Positions 12,400 through 27,989 of a stretch of 64,000 bases of DNA are shown here, in pieces (the first letter of the stretch is position 1; every line of letters begins with the position of its first letter). The DNA comes from Callorhinchus milii (taxonomy: Eukaryota), in NCBI RefSeq assembly GCF_018977255.1, contig NW_024704743.1, positions 9,550,001-9,614,000 of the forward strand. The letters run 5' to 3'. The notes beneath the pieces are model-generated. The model was not told where the DNA came from and ran no database searches. It worked only from the letters and a program-made list of their open reading frames with translations. Made by a program: the position numbers and the translations under genes.

Positions 12400-14000
12400 A
12401 GGGTATACGTTCAGCCACCTCTGCCACGTCCACTGCCATCCCCACATCACCTCTCCCTCATAACCCACCCCCCACCCATCCCCCCATACTCCTTCAACCC
12501 TATTTCTCCCTCCTCCCTCACTGCCATCGTTCGCAAACTTAAACCCACCACCTGCTCCCTCCATCCCATCCCCACTTCTCTCCTCATCTCCCAGCTCCAC
12601 CTTCTGGTCCCTCTTCTGTCTGACGTCATCAAGCTCTCCTTGTCAACCTGTTCACTTCCCACCCCCCTAAAAACAGCCGTCATCACCCCCAGCCTGAAAA
12701 AACCTTCCCTGGACCCATCCCTCCTCTCCAGCTACCGCCCCAGCTCTAACCTCCCATTCCTCTCCAAGGTCCTGGAACGAGTCATCGCGTCCCAGCTCCG
12801 CTTCTTTCTTTCTCACCATTCCCTCTTTGTACCTCTTCAATCTGGCTTTCACGCTGCCCACAGCACGGAAACAGCCCTGGTCAAAGTCACTAATGACATT
12901 CTGAACATCTGTGATCAGGGCTCCCTCTGCCTCCTTGTCCTCCTCGACCTCTCTGCCACCTTCAACACTGTCGATCACTCCATCCTCCTACACCGCCCCT
13001 CTTCTTTACTTAATCTTTGCAGACCTGCCCTTGCCTGGATCGAATCCTATCTCTCTCATCGTCTCCACTTTGTTGCCTCTAACAGTTTCTCCTCCAGCCC
13101 CCGCACTGTCACGTCTGGCGACCCCCAGGGCTCTGTCCTTGGCCCTCTCATCTTTAGTATCTACATGCTCCCCCTTGGTGACATCATCCGCAGACATGGG
13201 GTCAACTTCCATATGTATGTGGATAATACCCAACTCTATCTTTCTGCCTCCACCCTAACTCCAGAATTATTGCTGTCCTGACAGACTGCCTGTCGGACAT
13301 CAAGTCCTGGATGAGGGCAAATTTCCTACAGTTGAATGAGGTCCTCCTGATTGGCTCACGCCAGTGCCTCTGCACCTCAAGCTCTGGCAGCATCAACCTC
13401 CATGGTTGCACACTACAACTCACCAAGCCAGTCATGAACCTAGGTGTCTTGTTCGACCCTCAACTGTCTTTTCTTCCCCACATCCAAGCCATGACCCGCT
13501 CTGCCTTCCCTCACCTCCGTAACATCGCCCGACTCCACCACTACCTCACCCCTCAGGCCGCTGAAACTCTTGTTCATGCCTTCATCACCTCCAGGCTCAA
13601 CTATGAAAACACCCTGCTTGTCGGCCTTCCCAACTCCTCCCTCCACAGGCTGCAGATAATCCAGAACTAATGCAGCCTGTGTCCTCTCCCGCACCAAACT
13701 CCACGACCCCATCTCCCCCATTCTCGCCCAACTCTATTGGCTCCCTATCCTTCAGAGGATCCAGTTCAAAATTCTGGTGCTCACCTACAAAGCCCTCCAC
13801 GGCCTCGCCCCATCCTATCTCTGTGACCCCCTAACCCCCTACCAACCCACCCGCTCCCTCCGCTCAGCCGGCTCCGGCCTGCTCCACGTCCCCCGACCCA
13901 CCCGCTCCACCATTGGTGGGAGAGCCTTCAGCCATTCTGCCCCCAACCTCTGGAATTCCATCCCCCAATCACTCCGCCTCGCCCCCTCCTTAGCCTCCTT
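12400..14000 (+). mobile_element. L2-clade LINE RT fragment, family A, truncated at both ends
   Basis: ORFs 12640-13281, 13311-13670, 13777-14010 carry LQSGFHAAHSTETAL, LDLSATFNTVDH, PQGSVLGP, YVDNTQLY, SRLNYEN; stops and frameshifts; no tail. Confidence 0.92.
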
Positions 14001-14370
14001 GTTACTATAGAGCTTACCATGGTCCAACCTTGAGGTAAACCAGGTATTTGTTATAATCATTAAAATTACTCCAAGGTGGACAGCAGGCAATGTGTTCAAA
14101 TGTTAAAAAAGCACAACTTCAGAGATCTGCTGTATAGCCCATTTACTCCGATCACAAACTCATAAAAGGCTAAAGTTATTCTTCATCTAAACCAAACTTG
14201 GGAGTATCTTTGGTGACAACTACAGTTTTTCATTGAATACAAGGAACATGTTAAACAACAACTTACATTTATATAGCGTTCTTCACATGGGTCTTATCAC
14301 AGAGTGGAACGTGGAAGGCGGGGGAGGTGACAAAAGGTACAGTGAAAATGGAAAGTTTTCAGGTGTGATT

Positions 14371-14679
14371 TAATAATAATCCTTGCATTTGATATAGCGC
14401 TTTTCACGTCGGGAGGACGTCCCAAAGCGCTTCACAGAACACACTGTAAAGTGAATTGACTGTATATTTGTGGGCGAACGCGGCAACCAATTGCGCACAG
14501 CAATGTCCCAAAACAGTCGTAGATTGAAAATGACCAATTTATTATTGTTTTGGTTTTGGAGGGATTATTATTAGGCGTGTGGAGTAAGGAAACTTGCCCA
14601 AGGTTTCGCCCTGCCTGGAATTGAACTCAGGAAACTCGCTTGCAAAGCGAGTGCTCTAACCACTGAGCTACAAGACTCC
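14371..14679 (-). mobile_element. tRNA-Ala-derived SINE, full length
   Basis: Closely matches the reverse complement of 62899-63219. Confidence 0.9.
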
Positions 14680-15333
14680 AAGATTTGAAGGTTTGAAGGA
14701 ATGTGCAGAAGACTCCAACCCAGCTAAGTGGATATGGTGGTAGTGGAGTGGGGTGTAAGCAGATCAGAGAGGTTGAAGGGTCCAAAGGTGTGAAGAGATT
14801 TGAAAGTGAGTGCGAGGACCTTTGAATCAATCCAGAAACCTTCAAACATGTGACTGTTGAATGTGACTGAACTGTAATAAAAGAAAAGGAAATGTTGTGT
14901 GGGGGGATAGGAGTATAAATATAATGTAACTTTGCAATAATGGCTGTATAATTCCATGCAGCAAATTCCATAAATCTCAAGCCATTCATACAAGCTTTCA
15001 CAAAACAAGTAGAAAAGCTATGTGATTAAGGTCTACATCAAAGAGATTGAATGTTTTAAACATGAATGGGCCATTTTACATTCAACATCTGAGAAACTGA
15101 ATGAAGGTCCAGTTAAACATTATGCCACCGCAAAAACAACCATGGCAGGCTAAGAGGCGCTTACGCCATGACGGAAATCAAAATAAACTTATTTCAAATT
15201 ATCAAAGAACACAGGAGCAATAGTTCATTGTGATTGTCAATTTGCAAAAATCACTGTCTAGAAGAAATCTGATCAGATATCTCACTCTCAGATTCCAGCT
15301 TCATAGTGATACCACTTCACTACTGAGTCAAAT

Positions 15334-15662
15334 CAACAAAAACAAGTTGCATTTATATAGCGGCTTTCATATCAGGAGGATATTCCAAGGTCTGGACAAT
15401 GAGAGGTTTGCACCCGAGCAGCAGGCTGGGATCAGAGAGGATCAAGTGGAGAGCAAGGGGAAGGAAGATGACGGAAGGCACAGTCGAAAAGGAAGGTCTT
15501 GAGATGGACCTTGAAGAAGAGAAGGAGGGGGTGCGGCGAAAGGACTTTGGGATGGAGTTCCATAGGGTGGAGGCAGAAAGGCTGAAGGCCCGGCCACTGA
15601 TGGGTGGAGGAGGCAGGACGAGGGACGTGCCCGCAGAGCTGAGGAAGCGGGCAGGTTGGTGA
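15334..15662 (-). mobile_element. L2 3' end, family A
   Basis: Reverse complement of the L2 3' UTR and tail. Confidence 0.8.
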
Positions 15663-18252
15663 AGCTTTAATCATTTCCCATTTGCAGAATAATGCAAATT
15701 TGGATGCTTCCTTGGGTAACTGAAGGTTTGATGAGAGAAAGGTGGGAGAGGAGAAGATGCAGGTCAGAACTCATTCCTTGGCAACATAAGGGTTAGAATT
15801 ATGGACATCTTGCTGGAACAAATAAATGCACAAAATTGTTACAATTAACAAGTCTCAATCCATGGCAAAACCCCAGCAGTTGATTAATAGTGTTAATTGC
15901 TCATTTCACTGACTGAGTGAACATACAACAAAAGTGCTTACTCCTCAGTAAATACAAGGCAATTGGGGTAATGAAACCAAAGGCATTGTAGGCCACCTAC
16001 TCAATGCAAATTTTAATTATCACTTCCCAGAAGCCTTAAAATCATTAACATCTCAGTTATTCCCTCATCAGGCCATCATTAATGTTATATTACACAGAAG
16101 CACCTCAGCTTAAAAATGCACTAACGTTTCCCAATCGATTTTGCAACGTATAAACTTTATATCAACTAGACATTTTCTCTTGTGCTCCCTTTTCTGACAC
16201 TGTCACACAAAAGCAGTGCAACAAATGTGTCCATTGATTCACAGTAGCCCTGGTACCTGTGATACCTCATTCAAGTAGCATTCCTCCATGTCTGAACACA
16301 GACAACAAGATTGGACAAGCAAATCAGATAGTGTAGTGAGGGGTGGGTCAGGGGTTGTGCAGAAATCACAGCCAAACACATGCCTATCTTATCGTTAATA
16401 TAGTATGCGAACTTCATCAGCAGCAGGAACAGCTCAGATTGGGTGGGATCGGGCTACAGCGAGTTTTCATTCAATTGTACATGTTTAGCAATAACTGGCT
16501 GTGACACAACCACCCCCTCCTCCGTTGAAATTCAAAAGGCCAAGCCTCCAAACCATTTGTTCACAACTCAGGGTCTTGCTAGAAGACATCAGCAGCTCAT
16601 TTCAAGGAATTATAGGAAAATAAATGTTATGACTAAAGATGACAAACAATTGTAAGCCCTTTTTATAACTACATTATTGGACTGAAACAAATAGTCTGTT
16701 ATTTGAAGCAGAAACTCGCAAGCAGAAGGTAAAATGGGTCATAGAGAAACTCAAGGCTCCACAACCATTTAACTGGCTATAGTCTACTAAGCAGCAGGTC
16801 ACAGCAAGTTTTCCTCCTTAAACAGAACTATTTGTTACATTTTATGTACAAGAGGAGTCACTTTCAGGACCTATGCTAAATCCAATGTAAAGAAGACAAG
16901 CCTATAAATCGCTCCAAAAACAATCTTGTAATTCTGCAGTGCTGTTCAATGCACACTGGGACTTTGAACTCACAGCCTAGGCTGACTATCCAGTACAGTG
17001 CTCAGGGAATGCTGCATTGTCAGAGGTGCTGTTCTTCGGATGAGATACTAAATCGAGGTCCCATCTGCCTGTTCAGATGGACACTAAAGATCTAAATGGC
17101 ACGATTCAAAAAGAAAAGGAAGTTTCTCCCAATATCCTGGCCAACAATCCTCCAGATAAAATTGATCATTTGCTTCGTGGCTGTTTGTAGGACTTTGTTT
17201 TGACAATTTAATGATGTGATAAGGCAGGTGCTCTAGAAAATGTAAGGATGATAGTAAACGTTGCATCCTTCAGATAACCTGCAGGAATGACTTCACATAG
17301 CTTCAACTGGACTCCATACAACAATGGTGTTAGTCCAGGTCTTCAAACTCATTGCCAGCATAGTACGGGAAAAACAAATTAAATCTAAACTAGGACAGAT
17401 CTTTAAAGTATTATAACGCTGAACGTGATCATTGTCGTACACAGAATAAACTCTAAGCAGCTCAAGTGCAACACAAGGCCTAGGGTTCACTCTGTTACAA
17501 TGCCAGTTACATACTCACTGAAGATTGCTATTCTGTAAATGTATACATATAAGTGTATGAATGCCATCTTCATATAAATTTTTACAATCCAAAATCTATG
17601 GACCTGTTTCAATCCACCTATATTACTATGAATCAAATTTCTGGATTATTTGACACTAAAATAGAGTCAGGATTAAAGAAGTAATTTGCAAGGTGATGAT
17701 ATTTCAACTTCATGATTTATGACTTTACCTAAGTCTATTGATTGATTTTTAACCCTTTAACTCCAACGAGCTATGAAGCTGGAAAAGCTGGACGTAATGC
17801 ATTTTGGATACTTTTGGTATACATTGTAACATGCTTGGCCCAGTTGAATTTCCTTTGATCAGTCACAATTAAAGATCAGAGTCACTCAACAAATGTTCCA
17901 CAGTAGATTCATTGCACCATGAAAGAACTTCCCTTGGATTTGGGGAAATGAATTGTTTTAGTCGTTCAGTCCCATTTCCTTCATGCAGGTTTATGAAAAC
18001 TTGGCAACTTCATTTAAAGGAGATGCAACAATAGAAGGAAGCCTTTTAATATAAAGAAAGTATCCATTTATATGTTCCCCTACCACATCCTCCCTTTTAA
18101 AAGTCTCTTTCTTTGCTAAGTAATCCTCAGCTGAGGGCTCCTGCAGGACAGAGAAAGCTACAGTTTTGCATCAATACCAAGTGTCTGCAAAAAGGTAGGT
18201 CAGTGGTGGGAGAGGGGAAAGATTACCTGTGGTCGCATTCATGATTTTACGT

Positions 18253-18660
18253 AATAATAATCCTTGCATTTGATTTAGTGCCTCATCACGTTGAGAAGTC
18301 TCAATACACTTCACCGAATATACTGTAAAGTGTATATTTTGTGGGCAAACACAGCAATCCAATTGTGAACAGCAATGTACCACAATCAGCCATGGAGTGA
18401 GAGACTAATTTTATATTGGGGGTTTGTTGGCGAGAACACGGGGAGAAACTCTCTTCTCTATTCAAATAGTGCCACAGGATCTTTAATATCCACCCAAATA
18501 ATCAGACGAGACCTCAGTCTCATCTGAATGACAGCACTTCCGATAATGCAACAGACCCCCAGCACTGCACTGGAGTGTCATCTTAGACGAGGTGATTCCA
18601 AGTCCCGATGTGGGGAATTAACCTGCCACCTTCTGACTCAGAGGCAAGAGCCAGGCTGAC
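18253..18660 (-). mobile_element. Deu-domain SINE, near full length
   Basis: Head, Deu-like core, shared L2-like tail and (ATT)n. Confidence 0.72.
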
Positions 18661-21656
18661 ACACAATGTTATCAAGTTCACATTACTCATTGTTGTACTA
18701 AGTGTACAGTCTGAGAACACAAGACAATTCTCAGTTAATTACTGTAGAAAACAGTAATTCATTAGAGGTGCTCAGAGAATCCTGGGAGGGTGAGCGATGA
18801 TAAGATGAATGTTGGAATGAACATTACGGAAATGTGCCGAGATGGAAAGTTTATAATTTGTATCTTGCATTCTTCCGCATTCATACTTTTAAGATTATAA
18901 GATTGCAAGACAATATTGCAACAATGAAAAACAGCACTAAATATAAGGTGCATGACATTAAAATTAGGCAGGATCTCCTTGGAGATAAACTAGCTCCAAG
19001 GTGACATGCCTGGCAATGGAATGTTGGACTCTTAAACTGTGCTACCATTTTGCACAAACAAGACACAAACCCACTGGTTTACCAATGTTCTGCTCCATGA
19101 ACTGAGATGTAAGTGACTTTCTGAGATTTTTTTTCCAGACAGCATTCCTAATCTTGACTATTAGAGGAAGCATCAAGAACATGTTAAATACTCATAGAAT
19201 CATCTTGGCTCAGTTGGTAGCATCCTGGGATAGGATGGGGCAGTGGGATTGAAAGCACAGCTTGCTCTAAGAGCTGGTGTAGACTCGATGGCTGAATGGC
19301 CTCCTTCTGACTGTAAATTTCTTTGATTCTATGTCACTTCAACTAAGCTTTCAAAAATATGAAGCTCGAATAAGGCACATCCAATGGCATCATATTTCAT
19401 TTTGTCATTGATGCTGCTGATAATCCTTACTGGTCATTGTAGAATACTGATAGACATGCTCATGATCCTGCTACTTCTCACAACTAAACACTCCATCCAC
19501 TTCAGCAATACAAGTGCTATTGGGTGAGTTAATCAAGACCTAAAATAATTCATCCAAATGTTGGAAAAATAGAGCTGAATTATTACCATACAGATTCATC
19601 AATTTTGAACCAAGTTTTAACCAGCATTAAATACTTGACAAATTCTGCACTTGTATGTAGCGAGATTGTCTCCAAGTGCTTCACAAACACAGGCCAGAGG
19701 ACCCAAGCTAGAGGAAGATGGGGGAGTGGGGGCAGAAGAGGAAGGTAGTTGAAGCAGGTAAACACAGGACCGGATATTTTGGAAGGTATTGCACAGAGGA
19801 CTCACAAGGTCCTGAGTCCTGATCTTATTAGCAGTAAATGTTTCAGAGATGAGTCACATTTGAGATAAGGGAAAATGACACTCCAAGCCCATTGGAGACC
19901 TTTATCTCAACTGCAACCTATTACTCAAGCAAACACAATGATTTATTAAACTAGCTTCATTGTAACAAATGAATGATCAGAGGCTAGATTATGCGAAGTT
20001 GGCAGGGAAAAGAATGCACAAGTTTGAGCTACTTTCGTCCCATTCCAATAGCAATTGAGCAGATCATGTTGACCTAATTGTCAAAGCTATAAATCAAAGG
20101 GTTTTTCTTATTAGGATTTTCTCAGTAACCTAGAATAAAATTTATTCCAAAGTACAGTGATAATAGTTCAAACATATATTTTTGAGCTAACATTTTGTAA
20201 GTAAGTGCTCAATTGATAGCACTCTCACCTCTGAACCCATATTGTCTATTTTAACACTCCAATGCATTGCTGGGGGTGTGCTGCATTGTTGGAGATGCCA
20301 TCCTTCAGATGAGATGTTAAACTGAGGTCCCATCTGACTATTCCAGTGGATGTTAAAGATCCCATTCCATGATTCAAAAGGAAGGGAATTTCTACCGGTG
20401 TCCTAGCCAACAATTCGCTAATCACTCCATGGCCGTTTGCAGGACATTGCTGTGTACAAACTGGCTGCCACATTTGCCTCCCCAAAATACAGTCACACCA
20501 CTTCACAGTATATCCTGAGAAGTGCTTTGAAACGTCTTAATGCTGTGCTAAAGCGCTATTTCAAATGCAAGAATTAATTATCTAAACAGTTGGGGTAAAG
20601 GGTGATGTTACGAAAGGCAATGAGGCTCAAAGGCTCATTAGTTATATTGGAAACACAGGAGAACAGTGAAAGGTTGTTCCATAGATCCTTATTAATAATA
20701 ATCATCTTCGCACTTGATATAGCTCCCTATCACGTTGAGATGACTCAAAGCGCATCATATACTGTAAAGGGGTTTGACTATTTTGTAGGTGAAACGTGGC
20801 AGCCAGTTTGTGCACAGCAATGTCCCACAAACACAATCCTTTTCTCATTTATCCTAGAGGATTTAACAACCATAACTGTTCCTGAAGTTATTCAGGATTA
20901 AGACATTTAGGACATTTAAACACTTCTGGACATTTGAAAATAGGTGTAGAAAAGAGTGTCCAAGTGTGAGACAGTCAGCCTTGAGAATCTTAGTCATCTT
21001 CTGGTTCTATCTGTACTCACATTCACAAACATCAGAGGCTTAGTGAGAGGTCTGCTGCAATCACCATTTCTCTCTTCTTCTCCTGCCTCCCCTAGTAGTT
21101 AATATTAATGTCACTTAACACCTTTTTAAAAAGATCATCATGAATATCTGATGAAGAACATATTTTGAGGACTATAAATGCAGATCATAGAATGTATCAA
21201 TAAAATAAAAGGTAATTAGGCCCATCGAGTCTAAAGTCTCTATATGAGTCACTATGCCACTCACTCCCATACCCTTTAATATTTTTCTTTTCAAGCATCT
21301 ACTGAATTCCATTTTCTTTCAATCAATTGCTGATTATTCAAAGTACTTCACAAAGCATCACGATTCCTGCAGTGCTAACGACATGCACAGATCTCTCAAA
21401 CAGCACAGGGCAGCAGGCAACCTTGTCTCAGTAAGAGTCAATGCAGAAGAGAGAAGATGGACAGAAAATTGGATTGGATTTTCACTCCATCAGAATATGA
21501 TCTGAAAATTGAAACAAACCGTTATCCTCTGGATCTCCGTTACCCTCTGGATCTCATCCTCTATATTGTAATAATCCTTGCATTTAATATGTGGATGATT
21601 GTGGGCAATATGTTGTATAATAAACAAGCAGATGCACACTTTGCTGCTGACAACTC

Positions 21657-22268
21657 GGCCACTACCTCACCCCTCAGGCCGCTGAAACTTTTGTTCATGC
21701 CTTCATCACCTCCAGGCTCAACTATGCAAATGCTTTGCTTGTCGGCCTTCCCAACTCCTCCCTCCACAGGCTGCAGATAATCCAGTACTCTGCAGCCCGT
21801 GTCCTCTCCCGCACCAAACTCCACGACCCCATTGGCTCCCTATTCTTCAGAGGATCCAGTTCAAGATCCTGGTCCTCACATACAAAACCCTCCATGACCT
21901 TGCCCCACCCTACCTCTGTGACATCCTAAGCCCCTACCAACCCGCCCGTTCCCTCCACTCAGCTGGCTCTGGCCTGCTCCACGTCCCCCGACCCACCCTC
22001 CCCACCATTGGCGGGAGAACCTTCAGCCACTCTGCCCCAATCTCTGGAATTCCATCCCCCAATCATTTTGCCTCGCCCCCTCCTTAGCTTTCTTCAAGTC
22101 CCACCTCAAGACCCTTCTCTTCGACCATGCCACCGGCCACCCTCCTTCCCCTCCCCCCCACCCACCCGACCCCAGCTCGGGTCTGAAATGCTTTACTCTG
22201 TCTAGTGCCTTGGGACGTCTTCCCAACGTGAAAGGAGCTATACACATGTAATCTTATTGTTGTTGTTA
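21657..22268 (+). mobile_element. L2 3' fragment with tail, family A
   Basis: Highly similar to 13540-14000; ends ttgggacgtc...gtgaaagg...(GTT)n. Confidence 0.9.
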
Positions 22269-25200
22269 ACAAACATACCGATACTTAGGCCTGATTTATC
22301 TCGTGGATTTCAGTATTGTCTGCAACCATCAGGTCATAATAAAATGTTACATTTCAGAATTCAGTGTTTCAAGACATTTGGCCTGCCAATAGCTACAGGT
22401 TTTAACCAGTGAACAGATTTCTACTATTTTAGGACACTGACATGTTATCTGACTGCCATACAGTAAAATTAAAACTGGGGTGACCATTTGCTGGGAAGCT
22501 GGCTTGATGAGCTGTGGCGTTAATCAACTCTGTAACCTTGGGTCAGAGAGGAAACCACAGAAAACTTTTTTTAAAAAAAGGACACAAAATAATCAGCAAT
22601 TTGCAGGCAAGAAAACTGTAATTATTAGATTTGTTTGGATTATGAAGTCAATATGTGTGTCACCTTGGTTCATTTGATTGTATTCATGACTCTGGATCAA
22701 AAGGCTGTGTGTTCAAGCCCCACATCAGGACTTGAGCTCATAGCCTTCGGCTGACACTCTTGTACAGTACTCAGAGAATAATGAATGATGAGACTCAATT
22801 CACGACTGTTTGTGGGACACCTCTGTGCGCAATTGGTTGCTGTGTTTCGCCCACAAAATGCAGTCAATTCACTTTACAGAAAAGTGAAAAGTGCTATATC
22901 AAATTCAAGGATTATTATTATTATTTTTCACTGTCACATTTATTCAATGTGTTGAGTTGTTTATTCTATGTGGAAGATGTTATACAAGTGTGTACTGTAT
23001 TCTGAACAAATTAGAACAGCAGTGCCAGTTGATGACAAAGTAACGAATTGTAGTGTTACCAATTGCAATGTTCCTTACAGTACAATACTGGAGACCCATG
23101 GATAATCAAGCATATTGATTGGCAATTCAATTATCTTAAGCAGAAGCTTCTTTAGCACATGATTACTGTTGCGTTTCCATTGTGCTTCATCAAATAGCAA
23201 TTCCTCAACCTATTTACATTACCTTATTGGGATACTTGCTACCTTGGTGGCAAACAATGCATTAATATATATACCAATTATTCTTAAAATCCACCTAAGT
23301 TTAATTAATCTTTTCAAAGAAGTAAAATGTTTACAATGTTTATTTTACTGCATGTGAACACAAAACAAGGGGACATAGTTTCAGCTATTCCAGGATAGGA
23401 TTGTATATAAACAGTCACATAAATGAGAAAAGCAATTGTGACCCACAGTAAAGTTATATTTTAACACCAGATCCACAGAAGACTGGTACAATCAGCCAAT
23501 AATTATAATCCTTGCATTTGATATAGCGCCTTATTACACCATTGAGTCTCTCAAAGCACTTCACATGATATCCTGTGAATATTGTATTTTGTGGGAGAAA
23601 TACTAAATCACTGCTGATGTCAGCGGATGATCAAAATAGAAGTTAATGCAGGAGGTAACTGCCTTATTCATTTACAAAATTACAGTCACTACATTTATAG
23701 TGATTCCTGTGAAGCATTGTCCAGGTGTTAAAGGAACCATGTCAAAAGCAAGGATTACTTTTACAATAACTGAATTGAGTTTAAGAGGGGACCTGATAAA
23801 GCCATTTAAAATTAAGAAAGGATTTGATAAGATGGACATTAATAGACTCTATCCACTTGTTGTTAAATCCAAAACAAGGGGACATAAATAAAAGATAGCC
23901 AGTAAAAGATCTAAAGGGAGTCTAAGGTGAGGGTGGCAAGAATGTGGAACTCACTGCCATAAACTGTGGTTAAAGCAGAAAGCATCAACACACTTGATAG
24001 GAGAGGGGATTAGGAGGGGTCAAATTCATTTGGATGGGTTAAATTCAGTTCAATTTATCCAAACACCAATTTAATTTGTAGCTGGATTAAAAACAATGGG
24101 CATCTGGGAAATCCACCACACACACTTTGTATGGCAGTATTTATGGTGAATGTGCAGAAAGATGACTTCAGTGAGCAAGTAACAAACATACAGAACAGGC
24201 TCCCTAAGCGAGACAGTGGAAGCAGAAAGTGTCAATTCTTTCAAAATACATTAGATACATTTCTGTTAGGAAATAATACCTCAGGATACAAAATATTATT
24301 TAGGCCATGACATGCGACTGCCAGTATGGTGAAAAATGAATGAATGGACGGACCTTGGTCTTCTTTTGTCTAGCAAATTCTTATGCTTCATGTGCATTGA
24401 AAAGAATTTTGTTGTCCTGGGAAAAACTTAGCATCTCTTTATGATACGATATATTTTTGTCTGATGCTGCACATATCAACTCAAATTAAGTCAATGCTGT
24501 AAAGGTTACAAAATTAGCTCTCTCTATAAATAAAAAGTCACAAAATGTGCACTGTAGCAGAAGGCAATTCAGCAAATATGTCACAAGAAACTGGGACTGC
24601 TTTAAATCACTGAGACAATACTAAAGCTCCAGCCAATAGATGGGTTAATCAGGATTTCTATATTATTTTAGCACATAGCAAAAGTATGTGAACTTCAAAA
24701 TAACCAACTTACACATCTATTTCAACCAGAAGTATATCCCCTCCAGGACAATAATTCCTGCAACTTCTATTGTTTCAACTCTGGTCTGTTGCTCTCTTTG
24801 CTCCCCATCAGTGTGGCCAAACCTTAAGCCACACTGCACCCCCTCTCCTCCACCCCCATACTCACCTAAAACTAGATCTGTGGTTTCTACCTGCCTTGAA
24901 AAACCTCATAAAAACAATTGGGTGTGACTTTGGCCAACATATTTTAAATCTTTTATCACCTTGTGCAATGGCCACTGCTACATTTGTCAAACAATTCAAG
25001 ATAATCTTTGGTGTGAAAGATGCCTTATAAATACTGTAAATATAAGTTGTGGCTTTGACACACATCCAATGAATGTTCTGCTTTTTTTCTACATAGATGA
25101 TTTTAACATTTGTTCCAACAAGAAAATAATGCACTGCCAACTCTGATAAACTTGTGCAGCATGTGCAAACACATTTGTACAACTGCACAGCAAGTCAACA

Positions 25201-26099
25201 GATGATTGGGGTGACTGTATTAGCCGACACTCCCAATATATGATTGAGATGAATATATAAGCCGACATAAACAAACCAAATGTTTCTTTAAAGCGAATAA
25301 TGGCATTTATAAATGTGGAATATTTGTTCGAGAGAAGCCAAGACATACACAAGTGTTGTTTTATTTGTTCCATTTAAGTTCAGCCCCAGTCTAACCCCAG
25401 CCTTGGGTCCTTTTAAGACGTTCTTACAAGTTTTGTCATCTCCATTAATCCCCATTGAAGCAATCACCGAAATCATAACACAAAGCAGAGAGAGAAGAAA
25501 AAACTTTCCGGAACATCTTTAAGAAACTATACCAACACAGACTTTACTTTGGGAGGCTGCCTGAGATCCTGTACATTCACCACTTATTCCACATTCCCAA
25601 CCGTCCCACTTCCCACTTTTTTGGCTTTAAGTTTGGGGGGAGGGGGGTCTACATGTTCACCTCCAGGACCAATAAATAGTAATCCTTCTCCCGTCTTAAT
25701 CCCCACAAACTCCCCCCAAAAAATCTGGTGTAAAGAAGACGTCCCCCAGGAAAGGAACCCCCTCCCTCAGTACCCCTGCCCTGCCCGGCCCTCCCTGGCC
25801 TACCCGGCCCGGCCCTGCCCTGCCTCCCTGCCCTGCCCCCTAGCCTGGCACGGCCCTGCCCCTGCCCTGCCCCCTTGCCCGGCCCTGCCCCTCTGCCTGG
25901 CCCGGCCCTGCCCCTACCCCCCGGCCCTGCCCCCCTGCCTGGACCAGTCCTGCCCCTGCCCCCCTGCCCTGCCTGGCCTGGCCCTGCCCCCCCCTGCCTG
26001 GCCCGGCCATGCCCCCCCCTGCCCGGCCCTGCCCCCCCCCTGCCTGGCCCGGCCCCCCCCCCTGCCCTGCCCCCCCCCTGCCCGGCCCTGCCCCCCCCT

Positions 26100-27127
<1,028 letters not shown>

Positions 27128-27989
27128 AATTCACTGCCTGTGTGTGTTTGCAGAACAAATCCCTGTGAATCCAGGGGTGGGGGGAAGAGGAAAGAAGCCG
27201 CCTGGTGTCTCCTCTCTATGGCCATCCACTGCCACTGCTGCACGTAGCAAAAGGGGAAAAAAGCACGTTTACCTCTGCCAAACTACACCAAAAAGGACAC
27301 ACCCTCAGCCCTAACCCACCCTGCACCCAGTGTGAGTCATCACTGCTCAACATAACTTATTACTATACCCACAGACACAATCAAAAATCAGCCACTGCCA
27401 CATGCCACCCCCAGAGATCCTCCCTGAGTTAGCAGATCTCAGACAGGGTAAAAGCAGCACAGTTCACCCTTCTGAGACCCCCCCACAGCTACCCCGCCCA
27501 AGCCTGGGCTGTTGCCAACTTGTGCCTAATACTTTCTGTAAGGAGGAGAAGCAGGATCCTTCCCTCCAGGGAGAGAGGACATTCCACTCCAACAATCTAT
27601 CTCTGGGATTTCCATGTGTAGGTGGGATGTATGGAATTCTCAGTTTGGACACATTTAAGCGTGGTGATGGGTTTCCGCTACTCCCACTCTGACCTCCCCT
27701 CCCACCCCGCCTTCTCACCCTCCTCAACCACTTCCCTCTGCTCCAGCCTGGGCATCCTCCGCCAGGCCCATCGTGACTCCCGGCACTGGCTGTCCTAGAG
27801 CAGCAACTCCACGTGTCCCATCACTCACTCCCTCCGCTCAAACCGCCTCCCTAAGGCAAACCCAACTCCCCTTTCCCTCATACATACCCTCCCCAACTTC
27901 CTACTCTCACCATTCTCCACAGCCATCTCTTCTGTACACCCTAAAATCCTTTCTGTATCACTCTCTCCTTTCTCTCCTCCCATCAGCAA

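Noticed and set aside
12640..14010. Reverse transcriptase ORFs as a functional or domesticated gene
   Set aside because: Stops, frameshifts and a degenerate catalytic motif (YVDN instead of YADD); ordinary dead L2 copy
15060..16150. Possible conserved non-coding enhancer blocks in PARD3 intron 1
   Set aside because: Non-repetitive with homeobox-like TAAT motifs, but conservation cannot be judged without alignments
21520..21556. Short tandem duplication (gttatcctctggatctcc, two copies)
   Set aside because: Ordinary local slippage duplication with nothing suggesting function
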